Assembly: GCA_046563655.1 (NCBI GenBank)
Contig: CM102285.1
Span: 9,796,001-9,860,000 of the forward strand
Direction of reading: 5' to 3'
DNA: 64,000 nucleotides
From: Yuukianura sp. NJ FZ-2021
Taxonomy: Eukaryota
The notes beneath the pieces were generated by a model. The model ran no database searches and was not told the DNA's origin. It worked only from the letters and a program-made list of their open reading frames with translations. The stretch's first letter is position 1; the number at the start of each line of letters is the position of its first letter. Shown one piece after another: positions 12,618 through 27,600 of this stretch. A program made the position numbers and the translations under genes.

Positions 12618-15600
12618 ATGGTCCATGTTGCGAATGCGGAAGGGCATCGAAAGATGTTAGCCTTCCAAGAACCGCCTGCCGCACTCCAGTCTACGACACA
12701 ACAACCACCACCGACATCATCCTCTACGACTACGACCATTCAACCCAATAAAAACCTCTCCCACATTCTTATTGACACAATCAGCAAGAAATTTGGACCG
12801 ATTAGTTCAACTGAAGTGGAGAAAGTTAGTAGTGACGATCTGAGTTCAGCCAGTAGTGGACCGTCTACGGTCATTCTCCTGCAAAACAATCAACAAACCG
12901 TGATTCTACCAACCTATAAAAGTAATTCCCTCAACCTAAGTTGTATCATTGAAGAAGAACCGCCACCTAGTATGATGAACAGTACTATTCGTGAAGCTTC
13001 TTCTGGAATTAGTCAAGACCCAAATGCTAACTGTGACATTATGACCTCGGATGACCCAAATCTGAACTCTACAACGACTACTACCACTAGGGTCATGAGC
13101 AGTGGCTCTCCTGGGACAGGCGAAAGACTCGTCATGGAAAGTGTTACTACCACAACTACTACAAAAGTGAGCATGAAGCGAAGTGCGGGTAGTCCATGCA
13201 CAACAACGTTGTCCCTAGAGAAAGTGATTCAGAGTCACTTGGCTGACTCATCATCACCGTCATCCCCTACTATGGAAGGGGCTGCTCCAGAACAATGTGT
13301 CCGTAATCCTAATCCATCCCAAGTCGCATGTGAATCCGGAGGGGAAAGTAGTGACATTTGTTTTCATTCAAGTGTTGTAGGGCCAGAGGCAGAGAATGAT
13401 GATGGGCCAAGGAATGAAAATGATTCCATTTCTAGAAAAAGCTTCACGTCCATTCCAACCAATTTTCGAAGTAATACTAGTGGAGAAAATGAAAAAGTAG
13501 GGGAAAGTACTACGAGTACTACTGGAGGAGATGTACTTTCGTCACCGTCGAATACTTCTCCAGTAGGACCACTACCTTCTGTTACCACAGTTAGTTCAAT
13601 ACATGGGAGGCAGGGAAAGCCAACAAATGGAATCAAACATGTCAGCTTGAAAAGGTAAAAATCACTTTCTCTTTCCAAAAGTTTTTGTATATCCTAAAGA
13701 TAAACAACCAAAGTGTTATAGACTTTTCATAAGTTAACAAAAACTAACTTAATGTTGTTCGAAGAAGTTTTGGCTTTTCCCATCATCTCCACTTTTAGGG
13801 AAATGAAAAAACTTTCGGCATCAAAAATAGATGCCGAGAATAAAACAGGGATTAATCTCCGGGCAACAACAAAAAGAAAGCATTGGAACCTGAGACTTTC
13901 AAGTTGGTTTTTCAGCTTCCAAAAATTTTAATAACCGGTTTTCAAAACAAGCTTCTAGTTTTCATACTCAATCTTTTTAGTTTCATCTCCTCTGCTTATG
14001 AAAATAGAAAGTTTGCTTTCTCCGAAGCACACAAAGCAAGCAGAGATCAGCACAGATCCATCTGACGGCTACGGAGAGAAAGTACTTCCCATCTTTCCCT
14101 TTGACTACGAAAACTCCTCCGTTAGTTAGTGTAACATTGTGGACTGTATGTCTTGGCAATAAGTTAGCTTTAACTTTACTTGACCTTTAGCCTAACCCAT
14201 AACTTGGCCAATACTAAAATCAGTTCAAGGTTTGAGCTAAGAACCTGGTTTATAACTTGAGATAAAATGGAAGTGAAAGTTACTTTCTAAAATGCCCGAT
14301 TCACTTTCCTTTCAGGGTTTCGTTTGGGAGTTCCAAGGGGTCAATGGTTGAAACCGTAATTTTTGAGAGTCCGCAGCCTGACGAGAGGTCAGAGGTGACA
14401 ACTCCCAGTGGAACGCCAGCTCCAAACCTAGCCACTAAAGAACATCCCACTCTTGACTCTCCATCGACAGGCCCGTAAGTTATTAAGGTTTACTTAACTT
14501 CGTATTTTTAGGTTAAGTTTATTGTCTTCTCTCACATAATCTTTGAAAAGAAAGTCCTCAGTGAAAGCCTCCATGCGTCTAAACTTTCGAGTTTGAAATC
14601 GAGAAATCTATATTCGGTTAAATAAAGCCTCAAGCATTGGATAAAAATACATTTGACATTTCTACATTTCCATCTCGGTTTCTACTAGATGTGTATAAGA
14701 ATCCATGATTTCTCCTAACTTCTTGTTTTTTATACTTTCTCCTAACTTTTTCTTCCTCTATTTTTGTGAGTTCCATTTGATGAAAGTAAAACTTTTGTGC
14801 TTTCTGCACGTCCCTTGGGAAGGTTTACTTTCCTTGTTCAGGAAATTGACCTTATTGATTTTCGGTGGCCTCGCCGGAAGGAACAGGTTTCAGTGCTTTT
14901 CAATTTTCTAAGGTGGCCTTTTGTTGAAGACGGTATTTCATCTTTCAACGAATTTACTTTTGAAGCTCAGAATTAATAAAACTTCCAAAGAAACCTAAAA
15001 TTCTAATCAATTTTCAGATTCTAATCAATTAATCAATCTGCTTTGTAAGCAGATTATTTCATCAATAAATTAGTATGGTCTTAGAGGTCTTTTGGAATAA
15101 ATCTTAGCATTAAAAATGTTTTGAAGTCAAAGCCGGGGGAAATGGGTGAAATGTAAATTTGTTTGAAGCAACTCATAAAAAGATAAAATTAATTTTCTGT
15201 CCAAAATCGTTCGCATCAAAGTAGTGAAAGCACAAAGTAAAAAAAAATGACGAGATGGGTATTTTTCTTTTCGGTGTGAAAAACTTTCACCTCGCCGAGT
15301 CAAAACAAAAAATGAAAAATTAAAATTGAGATTTTGATACAACTATTTAAAAAAATTAATTTGTTCAAATACTTTAATTTCATTTAATAAAATGATTTCG
15401 CAGCCGTTTAATTTTTGATTTAAAACGGAAAAGTACAAAAACTTTCTCCTTTTAAAAAAATTTGCGATAATTTGTTTTTGGGCGCTAAATTTTACTATTC
15501 TGGATTCCAGTTTCAATTAATGCTTCTTGTGCTCATTAAGAAACTAGTCAATTCACATGCCTTTCCTTTGTAAAAATGCATATAAATGCGCTAGTATTTA

Positions 15601-18600
15601 AGAAATACTTGGTTTTCCCCGAAAACTTAATTCACTTTGCATTTCATCACATTGTTCATTGAGTTTTTTTGTGGTGGACCAAAGAGTTTGACATCTTCAT
15701 ACGTAATACGTTTGCTGCTTGTTACAGAGTCCGACGTCTGAAATAAGCAAAAACCACGACTTGTGTTTTAGTTCCGAAAGCTGGCATTCGAATCGCCTCC
15801 ATCCGCTATGCTACTTTCGACTAGATTAGGCTTCCTAACCGAAGAGGGTGTTCTTTTTTGCCCGCCTCAAAAACATTTCAGTTGAATTCGGGTACTTCGA
15901 CCGGCATGGAAGTCTCATAAGCTCCAAACAAAAACCTATAAAGAACCCTCCGAACCTCCTCTGCCTTCACCATCAGTTGGCAAAAGTGAGTCCAACCACA
16001 TTTAAGCTTTTAGTCTACTTTCCCACATCCTCCGAAAGTAGTAACACAAAAACGAAACAGTTGAATTCTAACCAAGATCCTTCCGGTTGGACACCCTTGA
16101 CATCTCCCCACACGCATCTTTTTCAAACCACAACTGCCAAAAACGCCTATCAAACTTATATAAACCCCAGCATTATTTTTATATAAGCAATCTACTCAAA
16201 TTTACGCACTTTTGATACTTGGCCAACTCAGACTTCCCCTCTTCCACTTTCAGACTTGTGTACATGAGGTGGGTATTTTTTTGGCAGTATAAAGTATATA
16301 CTTGAAGGAAGTTGTTGTAACTTCTTCGACGCTCTAACAACAAAACAGAATCGTACACAGACACAATTTTTTGCAACTTGATGTTACACAAGCAGCAAGC
16401 ACTGTAGAAGAGTTGGATTGAAAGTGAAATCAAGTGTGTCAAGTGCAAATCTGAACTTGTGAGAGGCTGTTGCAAAATAGCGTCATAGTCATTGTGGTTC
16501 ATACCCATCTGGAAGGCCGGCATAATTTTGCAATTGAGAGGCTCCACAAAAGATCTCTCAATTAATCAAAGAGTTCAAGTCCAAGTAGCAGCAACTGTCC
16601 GCTCCCCAACATAAATTTTAGCCTAACATTTCCAAACTCAAACTGTGCACGAGAGATCAACACGTTTATCATTTCAAACTTCCCAACTTTGAAGTGGACC
16701 TTGACAAAGTTACTGCAATTTTGAATTTAACCACTAAAACTTCAAAGGTATGAAAACACTTTCCAAAATATTTCAAACTGTAGATGTCAAATTGTCAAAA
16801 TTTAGCTCAGCTAATCTTCAAATTTCTCAAATCTTCCACAGAAGTGATAAATTTGTGGATTTTGACCAGGTTATGTTAAGGAGATCACTTTAGATGTAAA
16901 GGCATGTATTATAACAGAGAAAATGCTTTTTTGGTTTCAATTTGAAATTGTAATTTCAATCAAAATCTGGATTTTAGACATTTCACTAGTGCCGAATACA
17001 CACATTTGAACCACCATTGGAGCATTTTGGAAGTTAAAGCTTCTTCCAGGAAGTGATTTCAGTTTTGCGTTGTTAATCTTACTCCAAATCCCAAATGGCT
17101 TAAGGAATTGGCCAACAAAAATTTGCACCGAAAAATAAAAATTCCAAAGTATCTTTTTAAGTTTCTGAACCACGAAATTAGAGTGAAGGATGCAATGAGG
17201 AAGTGACTTTAAGTGGATGAAACCTACTTGTCAGAAACGCTTAAGTTCGTGCCATCGAACCATTTCAGATCTTAAAAAATGAGACACTGGGTAACGTCTC
17301 CGCAGAGGTTTAAGAATTCCTGAAACGTTAAAGGTAACTTTTAAGCGTAAACACAGTAACTGAACAGATACGGATGATCCTAACATATTTGGAGTGAAAT
17401 GGGAGTGCGGAATTTGGTATATTTTTAGCACTACTTTAAGTGATCTATTATCTCCACCACTTTAGCAAACTCAGAGAACATTTCCTTGGAAGGACAGACC
17501 ATTCCCAGATAGGTTCAGAATTCATTGCGTTCTAAATTTTTGGTTTGAACTCGATTTTAAACAGTAACTGTTAGGCCTAAAGCTAAGCAGTTAGCAGTAA
17601 GGCATCTGCTGGAACTGCGGCATATAAATAAATATTCACATCTCTACTGCTGGAATGTTGATGCTTTGAAAGCAGATGCTACACTTGACTTTTGTTAATG
17701 TTTCGACAAGGATTGAATCCAGGAGGCATTTTCTTTACACAATCTCCACTATTTATGACTTCCTTTTTTGTTTACAAAAATTCTTTCGAAAATTTTCAAA
17801 AATTTGAAGTTTACAGGTTTAATTTGAGCAAAACCAGAAACTAGAAATTATTAGACAAACGAAAAAACAGAAGTTTTCGACAGATTTGATCTCAAAAGAT
17901 CGGGTATCAAAAGAATTAATTCCTCAAAAGAATAATGGGCTCCAAAAGTCAAAAACTTTGTCAATTCTGAAAATTTTTTTTTTCCATTTTGTAAAATTTG
18001 CACGGCTATTGAAAATATTAAGGCTTTTGACGTAGAATATTTAACTAAAGTCGCAAATAGTTTTCTCAGTTAAATTCAGAGAAAGTCAAGTAAAGCCTAA
18101 GAATTCAGTCAAAAAGCTGCGGTAAAGTGATGTTTTCGTTTGAAAAGAACGAATTTAAAGGACCTTGGTGTTCAATTTAGTGTGTCAAGACTGTTCCCAA
18201 TTTGAGGCATTATTCTTCTACTGTTTGGTAGGAAATGTCATCTTCCGTATCTCTTTTAAGTCTTAAAACTGATGACCCGCCGCATTTAGCGTCACGGTCA
18301 TGATGGATGACCCGTCATGATCCTTGTGCTAGTTAGCAAAATCTTAAGAGTTTCTAATAAGACATGATGTCATTTCTAAACTTAAAGGCTTTGAAACACA
18401 AATCACTTTTATGACAGCCACCACTATAGTGCACAGTCCACAAGGATTTAAATTTTAATTAAAACCACACCTTATGACCGCACTGTATTGTTGCTACCCC
18501 GGAAATTTTTGGGTGTAACCCTATTTAGTTTTACTTGAAAAAATGCAATTCCCGTAAAGTCAAAAATGCAATTTAGGAATCAACGACCAAAACAAAAGTG

Positions 18601-21600
18601 GTTAGAGCAGGTCGGGTTTTAACAGAATCTGAATTCGAAAAGTCTTTTTACTTAAAAACGTGGACAGGTGAATTTATGAGTTAAGTTCAAGGCTTTAAGT
18701 GGATTTGGACATTATTTGCTTTGTTTCTTGTTAACGAAAGGCAAAAGAACACATTTGGACTTGGACTTCAGTCATATACTTTTCTAAATCAAAGTTCATT
18801 GCCCTTAACTTGTTGATTTAAGCAGCATCGATCCACTTTGGCAGCTCCTTGCGTTGAGTAATTTCATGTCAATCATGTTTGTGCCGTAGAAAATGACATT
18901 TCAATTTCCATTCTTTTCAAAATTTGGCAAAGCACTTTGTACAAAAAGAGAAATTTTTTATGTCCTAACGAGTGTAAACACCCATTTCACTGCCTTGTTA
19001 CTTTTGTGTTTTTCTGGGAAGTACTAAAATAATCAACGCAATGGAAAATCACACAGATAGAGTTAGTTCGAATGCTTGTAATTTGGCGTTAGGTTATGAT
19101 GGAGGAGGGTGGAAATTATGAAGTATTGAAGTTGGCAAGATGGTATCGGGTTGACAGGAGATAATTATTTTGGCATGAATCATTCGAGTTAATTGTTAAT
19201 GAAATTGTAAACTGAAAATAGATATGACAAGCAGTTTTGACGGAAGAGTCTCATCTATGAGTAATCAATCCACCACAAGTTGTGCCCATCACATATCCAT
19301 CCTCGCAACTTATAAAGTTGTCTGTAAAATTGCACGTGAATGACCTAGTTATGGCTTCCAAATATTATCTATGGATATCTATCATATTAGTCTATGAGAT
19401 ACACAATGAATTCTGTGAAACATTCATTTCCAATTGAATTCATTTCAGATTTCAGAAACCTGCAATGCAAAAAGTAACTGCGAATGTAATTTGTGAATAC
19501 GCTTGCAATTACTTCGGGGAAGAAGCTTTGGGGAAACTGTTTTGAACTTTTTTTTACGAGTTAAAATATTTTATGTTTCGAAATGGCATCAATTAGCGTC
19601 AAGTTATTTCTAAAATTCCTGAAAACTGAGCATCGGAACGTGGGAAACTTTAAAACAGCTTAGCTTTGCTAAATGGATCCATTCTACTTTTCAGCAAAAC
19701 GCATTAAAAATTTAGAGGCTTATGAAAAGTATAGGCTTTTGCCAGTACTAAAAGTAAAACCTGTTAACTTGATCTTCCAAGCGAAGACATCCCTGTCAAG
19801 ATTTCTTAAAATGGAACGTTCTTACTCTGGGGAAATGGCATTATGCATTTAAGGAATTTCAAAAAGCTTTTCATTTATGTCAAATTTGCTTTTAAAAAAT
19901 GGAATTTGAGATTGACTTGACTTGGGTGAGCTTTTAAGCAAAAAAGAAGCTGACCTCTCTTAGAGTTCATCCCACTGAATAAGTCAGTAATTTGGCAGGA
20001 AATTGCCTAATATGAAATTCAGGTGAACAACTTTGGTTGAATTTTGGCTTGAGGGAATAAGGCGGTTGTTGCAAATGCACATATCGTTGGTGTGAACCTG
20101 CCATTAATAATTTTCCATTCAGTTCTTCTTGTACTAGTAAATGTGAACATGAATTACAAGGGATGCGAATACGTGATGGAATGTAAGATTCATGAGTCAT
20201 CGTTTCTGCAAATTGCCTCTTGTCCTTAGACAGATCGCCTTCAGTACCATAATATCCCTCCGTCACAATTTCACAGGGAAGCCAACCGTATCTGATTCTT
20301 TTTCTCATCTTCCATCTTTCCTTCATCTGCAGTTCTATTGTCTCTGACAGATCTGGGAAAAGAGACGCCATATTTGAAAAAAGTATTTCATTTCACTGTT
20401 GCAGATTTCATAAAGTCATAAAATTTTAAGAGCTGGAACAATCAAAACCTGCCAATATTTAGCAGTGTAAAGCGTATGGACAACATGGGGCACAAATCTA
20501 TAAATTTTCTTGTTTCACATGTACGCAAAAGTGTGAATTTTGAGTGACGTTTTTGCAAATCATGAGAATGAATGAGTAATTCTTTGGTCTTTGCGCATGT
20601 GTAACCTTTGACCTAAACTTGAACATTGGTGTTTCTGGGAAAGTGGAGTAAAAAGTGACGATGAGGTAATGTAAGTTTATGAGCCAAAATGGCGGTTAAA
20701 AGAGCAGCGTCATAAAATTATGTCAGAGATTCAAGATGGAAAATTTACAAGCTCCAAAACCCTAATACTAAAAACCTGCTGGATTTGTAATTTCCTGGCA
20801 ATATTAACGAAGCAACGTGAGATACAAAAAAGTGTTCAAACTGGCTCGAAGTAGCCATCATTTTATTACTTCGTGCAACAATGCTTTCTGGGAACTGCTC
20901 ATGTTCTTTATTACAACCGCTCCGAGGATACGTATTTTGAATTTTTTTAAAACAAGTCATACACATCCTTCCGCCCGGCGGGTTTAGAAATTGTGGCTTT
21001 TGTTTCCCATTGTTAATGTTTCGGGGGACAACTTAAGTTAGTGCATGCTGTTGATGCAATTGGCGTGCTGATGGTGTTAGGAATTGTATTGTTGCTTTCA
21101 AGTTTTCAGTAATAATGTTTGTTTTTCAGTCATGATGGATAGCGTGTCTGAAGAACCTAGTTTATGTTGTGTTGCCTCAAGAAATTTCCCATTGAATTGA
21201 AAATTAGGTTTCTAAGTACTTTGGTCATTAGGATTCAAGGTTTCTCTTGATTCTGGAACAGGATAGATTTACGTCACTGTTTACAATTTCTATTTAAGAT
21301 TTAGCAATGATGTCATAGTTGAATTCATTTTTCAAATGGCTAATCTGGCCAGTGACACTAATTTATTTCGTAAAGGAAGTTAAGAAATTTCGTAATTTTT
21401 TGTGTCCAAAATTTTTTCTGGATTGTGCATTGGTTACGGTTTTCGCCTTTTGGCAAAATTATGTGAGAACTCTGCAAAGTGAATTTTGTGGTTCCAGTAG
21501 ATTCTGTGTTGAATTTAGCAGTGAAGGTCACCTAGGTTTTGAAGGTCAGAGTGATGATAAATGTCAAACCAAGCCTACTATAGCCTCCGCTTCGTGTTTT

Positions 21601-24600
21601 CTACATTTAAGTCTCAGCAGATGCAACAAACTAACTGGTTGGTTTAGTTTTAGCTGAGAATTTTTTGGCTCAGGCAAAAATCCAAGGTCTTTCAATTCAA
21701 AGCCCGCCTGAGCCAAGTACAACATCATCCAGCAGCAAGTTTTAGCCCAGTTTGTTCTCTCTCAAACACAAAGCAGCAAGTCGCCTGTTGCCAAAATCCT
21801 GTTTCATAACTTTTTGAGAAGGCAAGACGCAGATTTTGAACGAGGTTGATGAAAAACATGCAAGAGCCAAGTTGAAAAGTTGAAATTTTGGTTTTAAACA
21901 AAAGGCCAATTTAAACTCCAAGGTTAAGCGTCATGAATTTTTGGACTTAGTTTATGGTTATGCCACTTCTTTGCATTCTAGTCCTAGGTCAAACGGTGCA
22001 CAGGCATTAAAGTCATTGAAAATCTGCAGATTTGCAGCTAACTAGATTTCATGTCGCCAAAATTTTGGCAAACTTTTTGGCACAAGATGAATTTCATTCT
22101 GCATTTGCCAAATGCAGACCCAAATACCTTGGAACAGTGTGCTATTTGGATTTGTATTCAGTCTAGGGCCTTGGGATGATCAGAATTGGGTGAACCAACA
22201 TAGTTACAGAATGCACAGTGTACAGGCTTATGGGGATCGGCATAACTAGGAGATTTCTGAAAGCCTTTTGTGTGCTTGCTTACATCCGAGAAATAAACGA
22301 GGCTTTGGGATGGGAATATTCGGCAATTCACACTGTTTCGTGTTGTTCTCATGGGAGTTTCAACCAGTCTCACAGTGGGCTTTCTTTCAGTCAAAATTTC
22401 GTGTGCTAAAACACCACTTCCAAAATTTTATACTGACACTTTAACTATTTCCCTGAAAAATAGTTGCAGGTTCTTGCAAATCTTCTTAAAAGGACCCTGT
22501 CTTAGGAATTTTTCGTTTTCATTTAAAATTTCACATTCTAAAACCAAAATGAGCGATTTTTATTGAAGTGGCCAATTTGTGATTCTTTTGAATCTGGACA
22601 TTTATAGAAAATTTAATCCACTTCAGTGATAAAAGTGACATTTTACTGTTTTGACGTCAATTCTAGCCCCAAAGTTTTCATTTCTGCACAAACACCAATT
22701 TTGTGGTGCTCCCTGTTGCGTTGTTGATAAAAAAAAGCTTTCAGGCTTATCCAATCCTTTGGTTTATTGAAAAATTGGCTGATAGGATTTTTTGGAAAGT
22801 GATTTAACAGTGCACTGCTGGTGGTGGAGTTAGTCCTGGAAGCTAAGTTTTTTTTTAGAAGCCAAAGTAGCACCTACACAAAAAACGTGCGGTTCTGCTT
22901 GTTCCTGCATTGGAATTGTATGTGTGTCCTAAATTGATTAAACCAGAACAGAATTGGCAGAGCTACGTTCAGGAACAGCAACGGAGCAACCAATTGCACA
23001 GATTTGAGTTTAACAGTTTTACAGATTTTGAAGATCTGCAAATCCTGTGACACACTTTTGTTGTGCAGAGAGAGGAAGTTTGGTGGAAAACAACAAAAAG
23101 CAGGAATTTGGCAAGCTGCAGACTGTGGAATGTGCAAATTGCAAAATTGTGCTTCCCCATTGTTACATCATTGTTCACCCAAGGGAAGAGAGAGTTAATT
23201 TGGACTAAAAAGTTAATTGGAAATTGAAGGTTCCAGCAGCAGGAGTGCCAGACTGTTGAGTGCTAAGAATTTTTTGCAGTTTGGACGCTGAGTTTGCAAA
23301 TTTCATTAAAAGTGGCTAGTATTAGCCAGAGGGAAGATGACGTAGGAAGGTAAATAACAAAGGAAGGGAAGAGGTAAATCTGCAAGGAGGAAGACGGGAT
23401 TTGGTGTTTATCTTTTCAAGAGCCGGGATCACTTCCATTTGGATTTTGATCTTGCCAACTAAAAACCTGAGTAGTTGCAGGTCTAGCATCCAAAAGTGTC
23501 TGTCTACTACTATCTACGAAGTAATATTACTCGAGTGAAGGTCAGCAGAGAGCTTAGGAGTGCTAAAGTGTCACTTTTGCTTAAGTGATATCCGTGTACA
23601 AGATTTCCCATCTGTCACTCACTTGTTAATAAACAAACTGCTAACATCAGTTCAGTGACAATTGGCAGAACACAGACGCTAACAGCTCAAACACAAATTG
23701 AACAAGCTTCCTCGTTTCACACGATTCAGTTTAATTTTAGTCAAATGAATAGTTTGCACTACTCGTTGTAAAAAAAAATTGCAAAAGTTGACCTTACAGT
23801 GACCTCAGTGCTGAAAAAAAGTTGTGGAACAGCAGAAATAGAAACAATCATTTACACTAACTTCGAGAAAAATTTTTTCACAAAAACTAAAAGTGAAAGT
23901 TGGTGAAAGTTTTGTGATATTTTTCTTGTTTCTGGACAAAGTGACAGTTTGATAGCCGTTTCGTGATGCAAATTGTGACCACGCCCGGTAGTATAGACAC
24001 GGATGATACAAAGTAAATAGCATAACTCATATTTCAAAAAAACATTAAGGTTAATTGAGTCCAGCAACAAATTAGGCGTGGAAATACTTTTTAGCAATAA
24101 ATTGATAACTTATGCTCAGACACTCCGTAGGCATTAGGTTTCTGACTGTTGAACGTCAATTCGACGTGCTTCTGAATTCTAAAACAAACTTGCGAATTTA
24201 GATTCAATTTTTTCTGGAGATTGATTTTAAATTTTGGTTTCTTCTGTTAGTTTTGACACTCGACAATCAATTTCGGAATTTCGAAATAAATCTCAAATTT
24301 AAAATCTTTAGCAGAATCTAACGCTGTAGTTGGAAAAATGTAACTTTGGAGTTTCTGATGCGATTGCATTTCTTCGGTTTTTCTGAATGTAAATCTACGG
24401 AGTTGAATTTCAATTTAAGTTTTTCGAAATGCTATGCCCAATTCTCAACATAAAAATTTTCTTGAAAAAAATACTCCCAAGCTCTTATCGACTTTGAAGA
24501 AGCCACAGTAATTAATTTTGCCCTTCATTTAGCACGCTTCTGTTAGATAGTTCAGGTTAGGTTAGTATGTTTACTTTTTATGACTCTCAGGTTGTTACGT

Positions 24601-27600
24601 AATACGTGAAAGTAGAAGTAAACTAATGGAGGCCAAAGTGGTAATGAGATCTTCTGCCGAAGCCAAACCATAGTAGTTTGCGTGTTGGGCGGCATTAAGC
24701 AGTAATTAAACCACAAGAAATTAGTCCGGTTGAAGTACGTTCTGGTTCTGTGGTGGCGTTTTTTCCAAAGTAGTTCTTATCAGCACCTCCTTTAGTAAAT
24801 AAGTGATAGAAACCACTTAGGAGACGAGTGTCTGGCCAGTACAAGATTCAGTAACTAGGAATTTGACGATTAATAATTGATTGTGATATGTTGTGTGTTC
24901 CAGGGGTTCCACCGGGGGATCACGTCCACCTTCCAGAGTCAGAGTTACTTTCTTCGAGTCAGAGAAACCATTGGCCGTTGGCTCTCCAGATTCCGCTGAC
25001 CCCTTTGACCTCGACCTCAGCAACATGACACAACCGAGTCCAGTGGACACGTCGACGCCCAACAACTACAGCAGACATCTCAGGTAACAAAAACACAGCA
25101 ATTAGGACACGACAAACAATTATTTTTGGAGAAAAAAGTAGCTCTAGAAGAGTAAAAACTTTTGTAAGGGTGGTGCGTGACTTTTCTGGGAAAGGAAACT
25201 ATTAACAGTTTGCCCAATTTAAACTAGAAATGAGCCTTCTAGGTTCACCTTTCATTCATTCAGTTCCTCTGGTGTAACAATTGCACTAGGTTATTAGTAG
25301 TACGGTAAAAGAAGCATCTTTTGGGAAACTTAGGGATTTGGAAGTTTTTTGTTGTTTTGTTATTTACAAAAGAGGCGAGGGAGCGTAGGAAAACGATAAA
25401 GGAAATGAAATGGTTTAAATGCATTCCTCTGTCTATTGTTAAAGTCCGAGATTTACTTCCGGTTTCTTTTGTTGTTTGCTTTAGGAGTGATAACTTACAA
25501 CGCTAAGCACACAAAGCATGTCTGTTGTTTACCTTTCAAAATATGCTCAAGTTCTAAAAGATTATTTTGAACCAAAACTAATAAATTTTACTTTGCTGAA
25601 AAATAGTTGGCATATTTTCTTACATTTTCCCCTTTCACAGCCTCATCTTTCAAGCTTTCATCCACAAAAATATTGCGATTTTCAAAAAATTCGGCGAAAT
25701 GTTAGAAAGGTTTGGCCAAAGAAAAAATTTGTTTGAAAGGTGTCGACTTTCTTTTTGATGGGAAAAAACTTTCACCGAAGGTCGAAAGGGCAAAATCTAG
25801 AAAATTGGAAGGATTGGGTGGATGCAATTTTTTGCTTTAAAAAATGTTTCATCATTTTTTTTTGTAATATACGCTTTTTAGGAGGTGACAAAACCGAATT
25901 TACTTTTTGAAAAATCTTCACTCACTCACCAGAAACAGAATTTTTTCGAGGTGGCTTAACGTGGATTAGGTTGATTCGATTTGAAATTTCAAAAGACTAG
26001 AAATCCGGACTTTTCAAATTCCTCATGTGCCAAATGTGTGTCTATTAATTGAATAAGTTGGTTCACCCATAAAGACTTATGGAGCGGAACAAGAGCACTT
26101 TCTTTTTTAGAAAAAGGAAATGAACGAGAGACACTTGAAAAATTCTCATCGTGTGGAAATGAAACTGCAGGGTGCAGGGAACAGGGCGTGACCAAATCCA
26201 TTTTTCCACTGAAAATAAATTCTCACTGTAGACGTAGTAAATTAAATTTTTACCACTAAGTCTACCAGTAGGAGGGAACTTCTAGAATGACAAATTGATT
26301 GAAAGTGGAAGTTGATTAGGCCCTTGGAGAGGGCAGCGGAGCAGAACAGAGACTTTTGGCTTGAGGTAATTTTCTAAATCCAATTTCTAACTAAAGGTAA
26401 TTGTAGCATCACTTCCTCCGGGAGAGAGACTTTTCTAGGAAGAATTCTCATCGACGAAATCGATTTTCGATCCTGGCGGAAGCGTTTCTCAAATTGACTG
26501 ATTCTTGTAGTGTGGAAATTGGGTTAGGGTAGACAGAGGAAGAGGGTGTGGTTGTTCCAATTATTTTTGTGTTAAAAGAAAGTGAGGCATTATTTCAAAT
26601 TATTTTTGTCAGTTCATGTTACGACTACTTCTACTCCTGAGTTAGTATGACGAGCAGCGGCCATTTTTGATTTCATGGAAGCCATTAGGTCTTGAAGCAC
26701 GTCCTTAACCTTTCTCCATATACCAAGCCAAGTCCAACAGTTCTCCTGTTGACATACTGCTCCGGAAGTAAGCAAAAATCCTTTGCCAAGGTTTCTTCCA
26801 GAAGCGGAGAAAGCAGAAAAGGTTAGGCTAGGCTACGCACCGAACCTAAAGAAGAGGCGGGCAAAAATATTGAACAGGCAGAAAATGACTTGCGCCTGTG
26901 TTGGCAGGAACGGTTGGTTGCCAAAAGTGCTTTCACTAGAGAAAACCAAAGCAAATTCCTCCTGCAAGTTCTTCCAATCCATTTGGAAATGGTATATTAG
27001 TAGCCAGGAGAAGAAGAACCGAAGTTGCGTAGCATATACCAACCAGCACATGGACAGATTTAGTTCAACTGTCAAGTTTCTCCAGTTCGGTTTCTCCTTT
27101 GAGACCTTGTGTCGGTTTCAGTTGAAATATTACGAAAAGCTTTCTCTTTTGTGTTTTCTTCTATCGCATCGGAAAAATACAGACACATTATTTCGCATGT
27201 CTTTCACTTTTTCAAAATTCTCTCAAGGAAAGCACATTTGATTCGGTCTTGTCAGTTCTCATCCCAGTCCGCCTCCCAACTGTGTCGCACAATTTCCACG
27301 AATTGAAAAGTGTCCAAGGTCTTTTGTCGTTATTTTGTTGACATCGAAGCGTTGACAGACAATTTGAGAATCGAGTGAAAGTTGGCTTCAAAGGCGTGTG
27401 TGGGCGGTTTGTGGTCTGCCTACGTAGAAAACCGGTATTTTTCCTTGGGGATCCAAAAATTGAAACATGGCAGCGCAACTTTTCTTGGAAAAGTACGTTT
27501 TTCTTTTTTTAGACAAAAGACAACAAGAAAACATCTTTAGAAAATCTTGTGGCTTTTCTAGAGATTTGTCCCGGTGGGAGGCTTTTGAAACCGTCAGTTT

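Noticed and set aside
13013..13678. Hydrophobic minus-strand ORFs (poly-Val)
   Set aside because: Antisense reading of the Thr/Ser-rich exon of the CaaX gene.
19967..20371. 134-aa ATG ORF on the minus strand inside the large intron
   Set aside because: No recognisable motif or supporting exon structure; cannot be supported as a nested gene.
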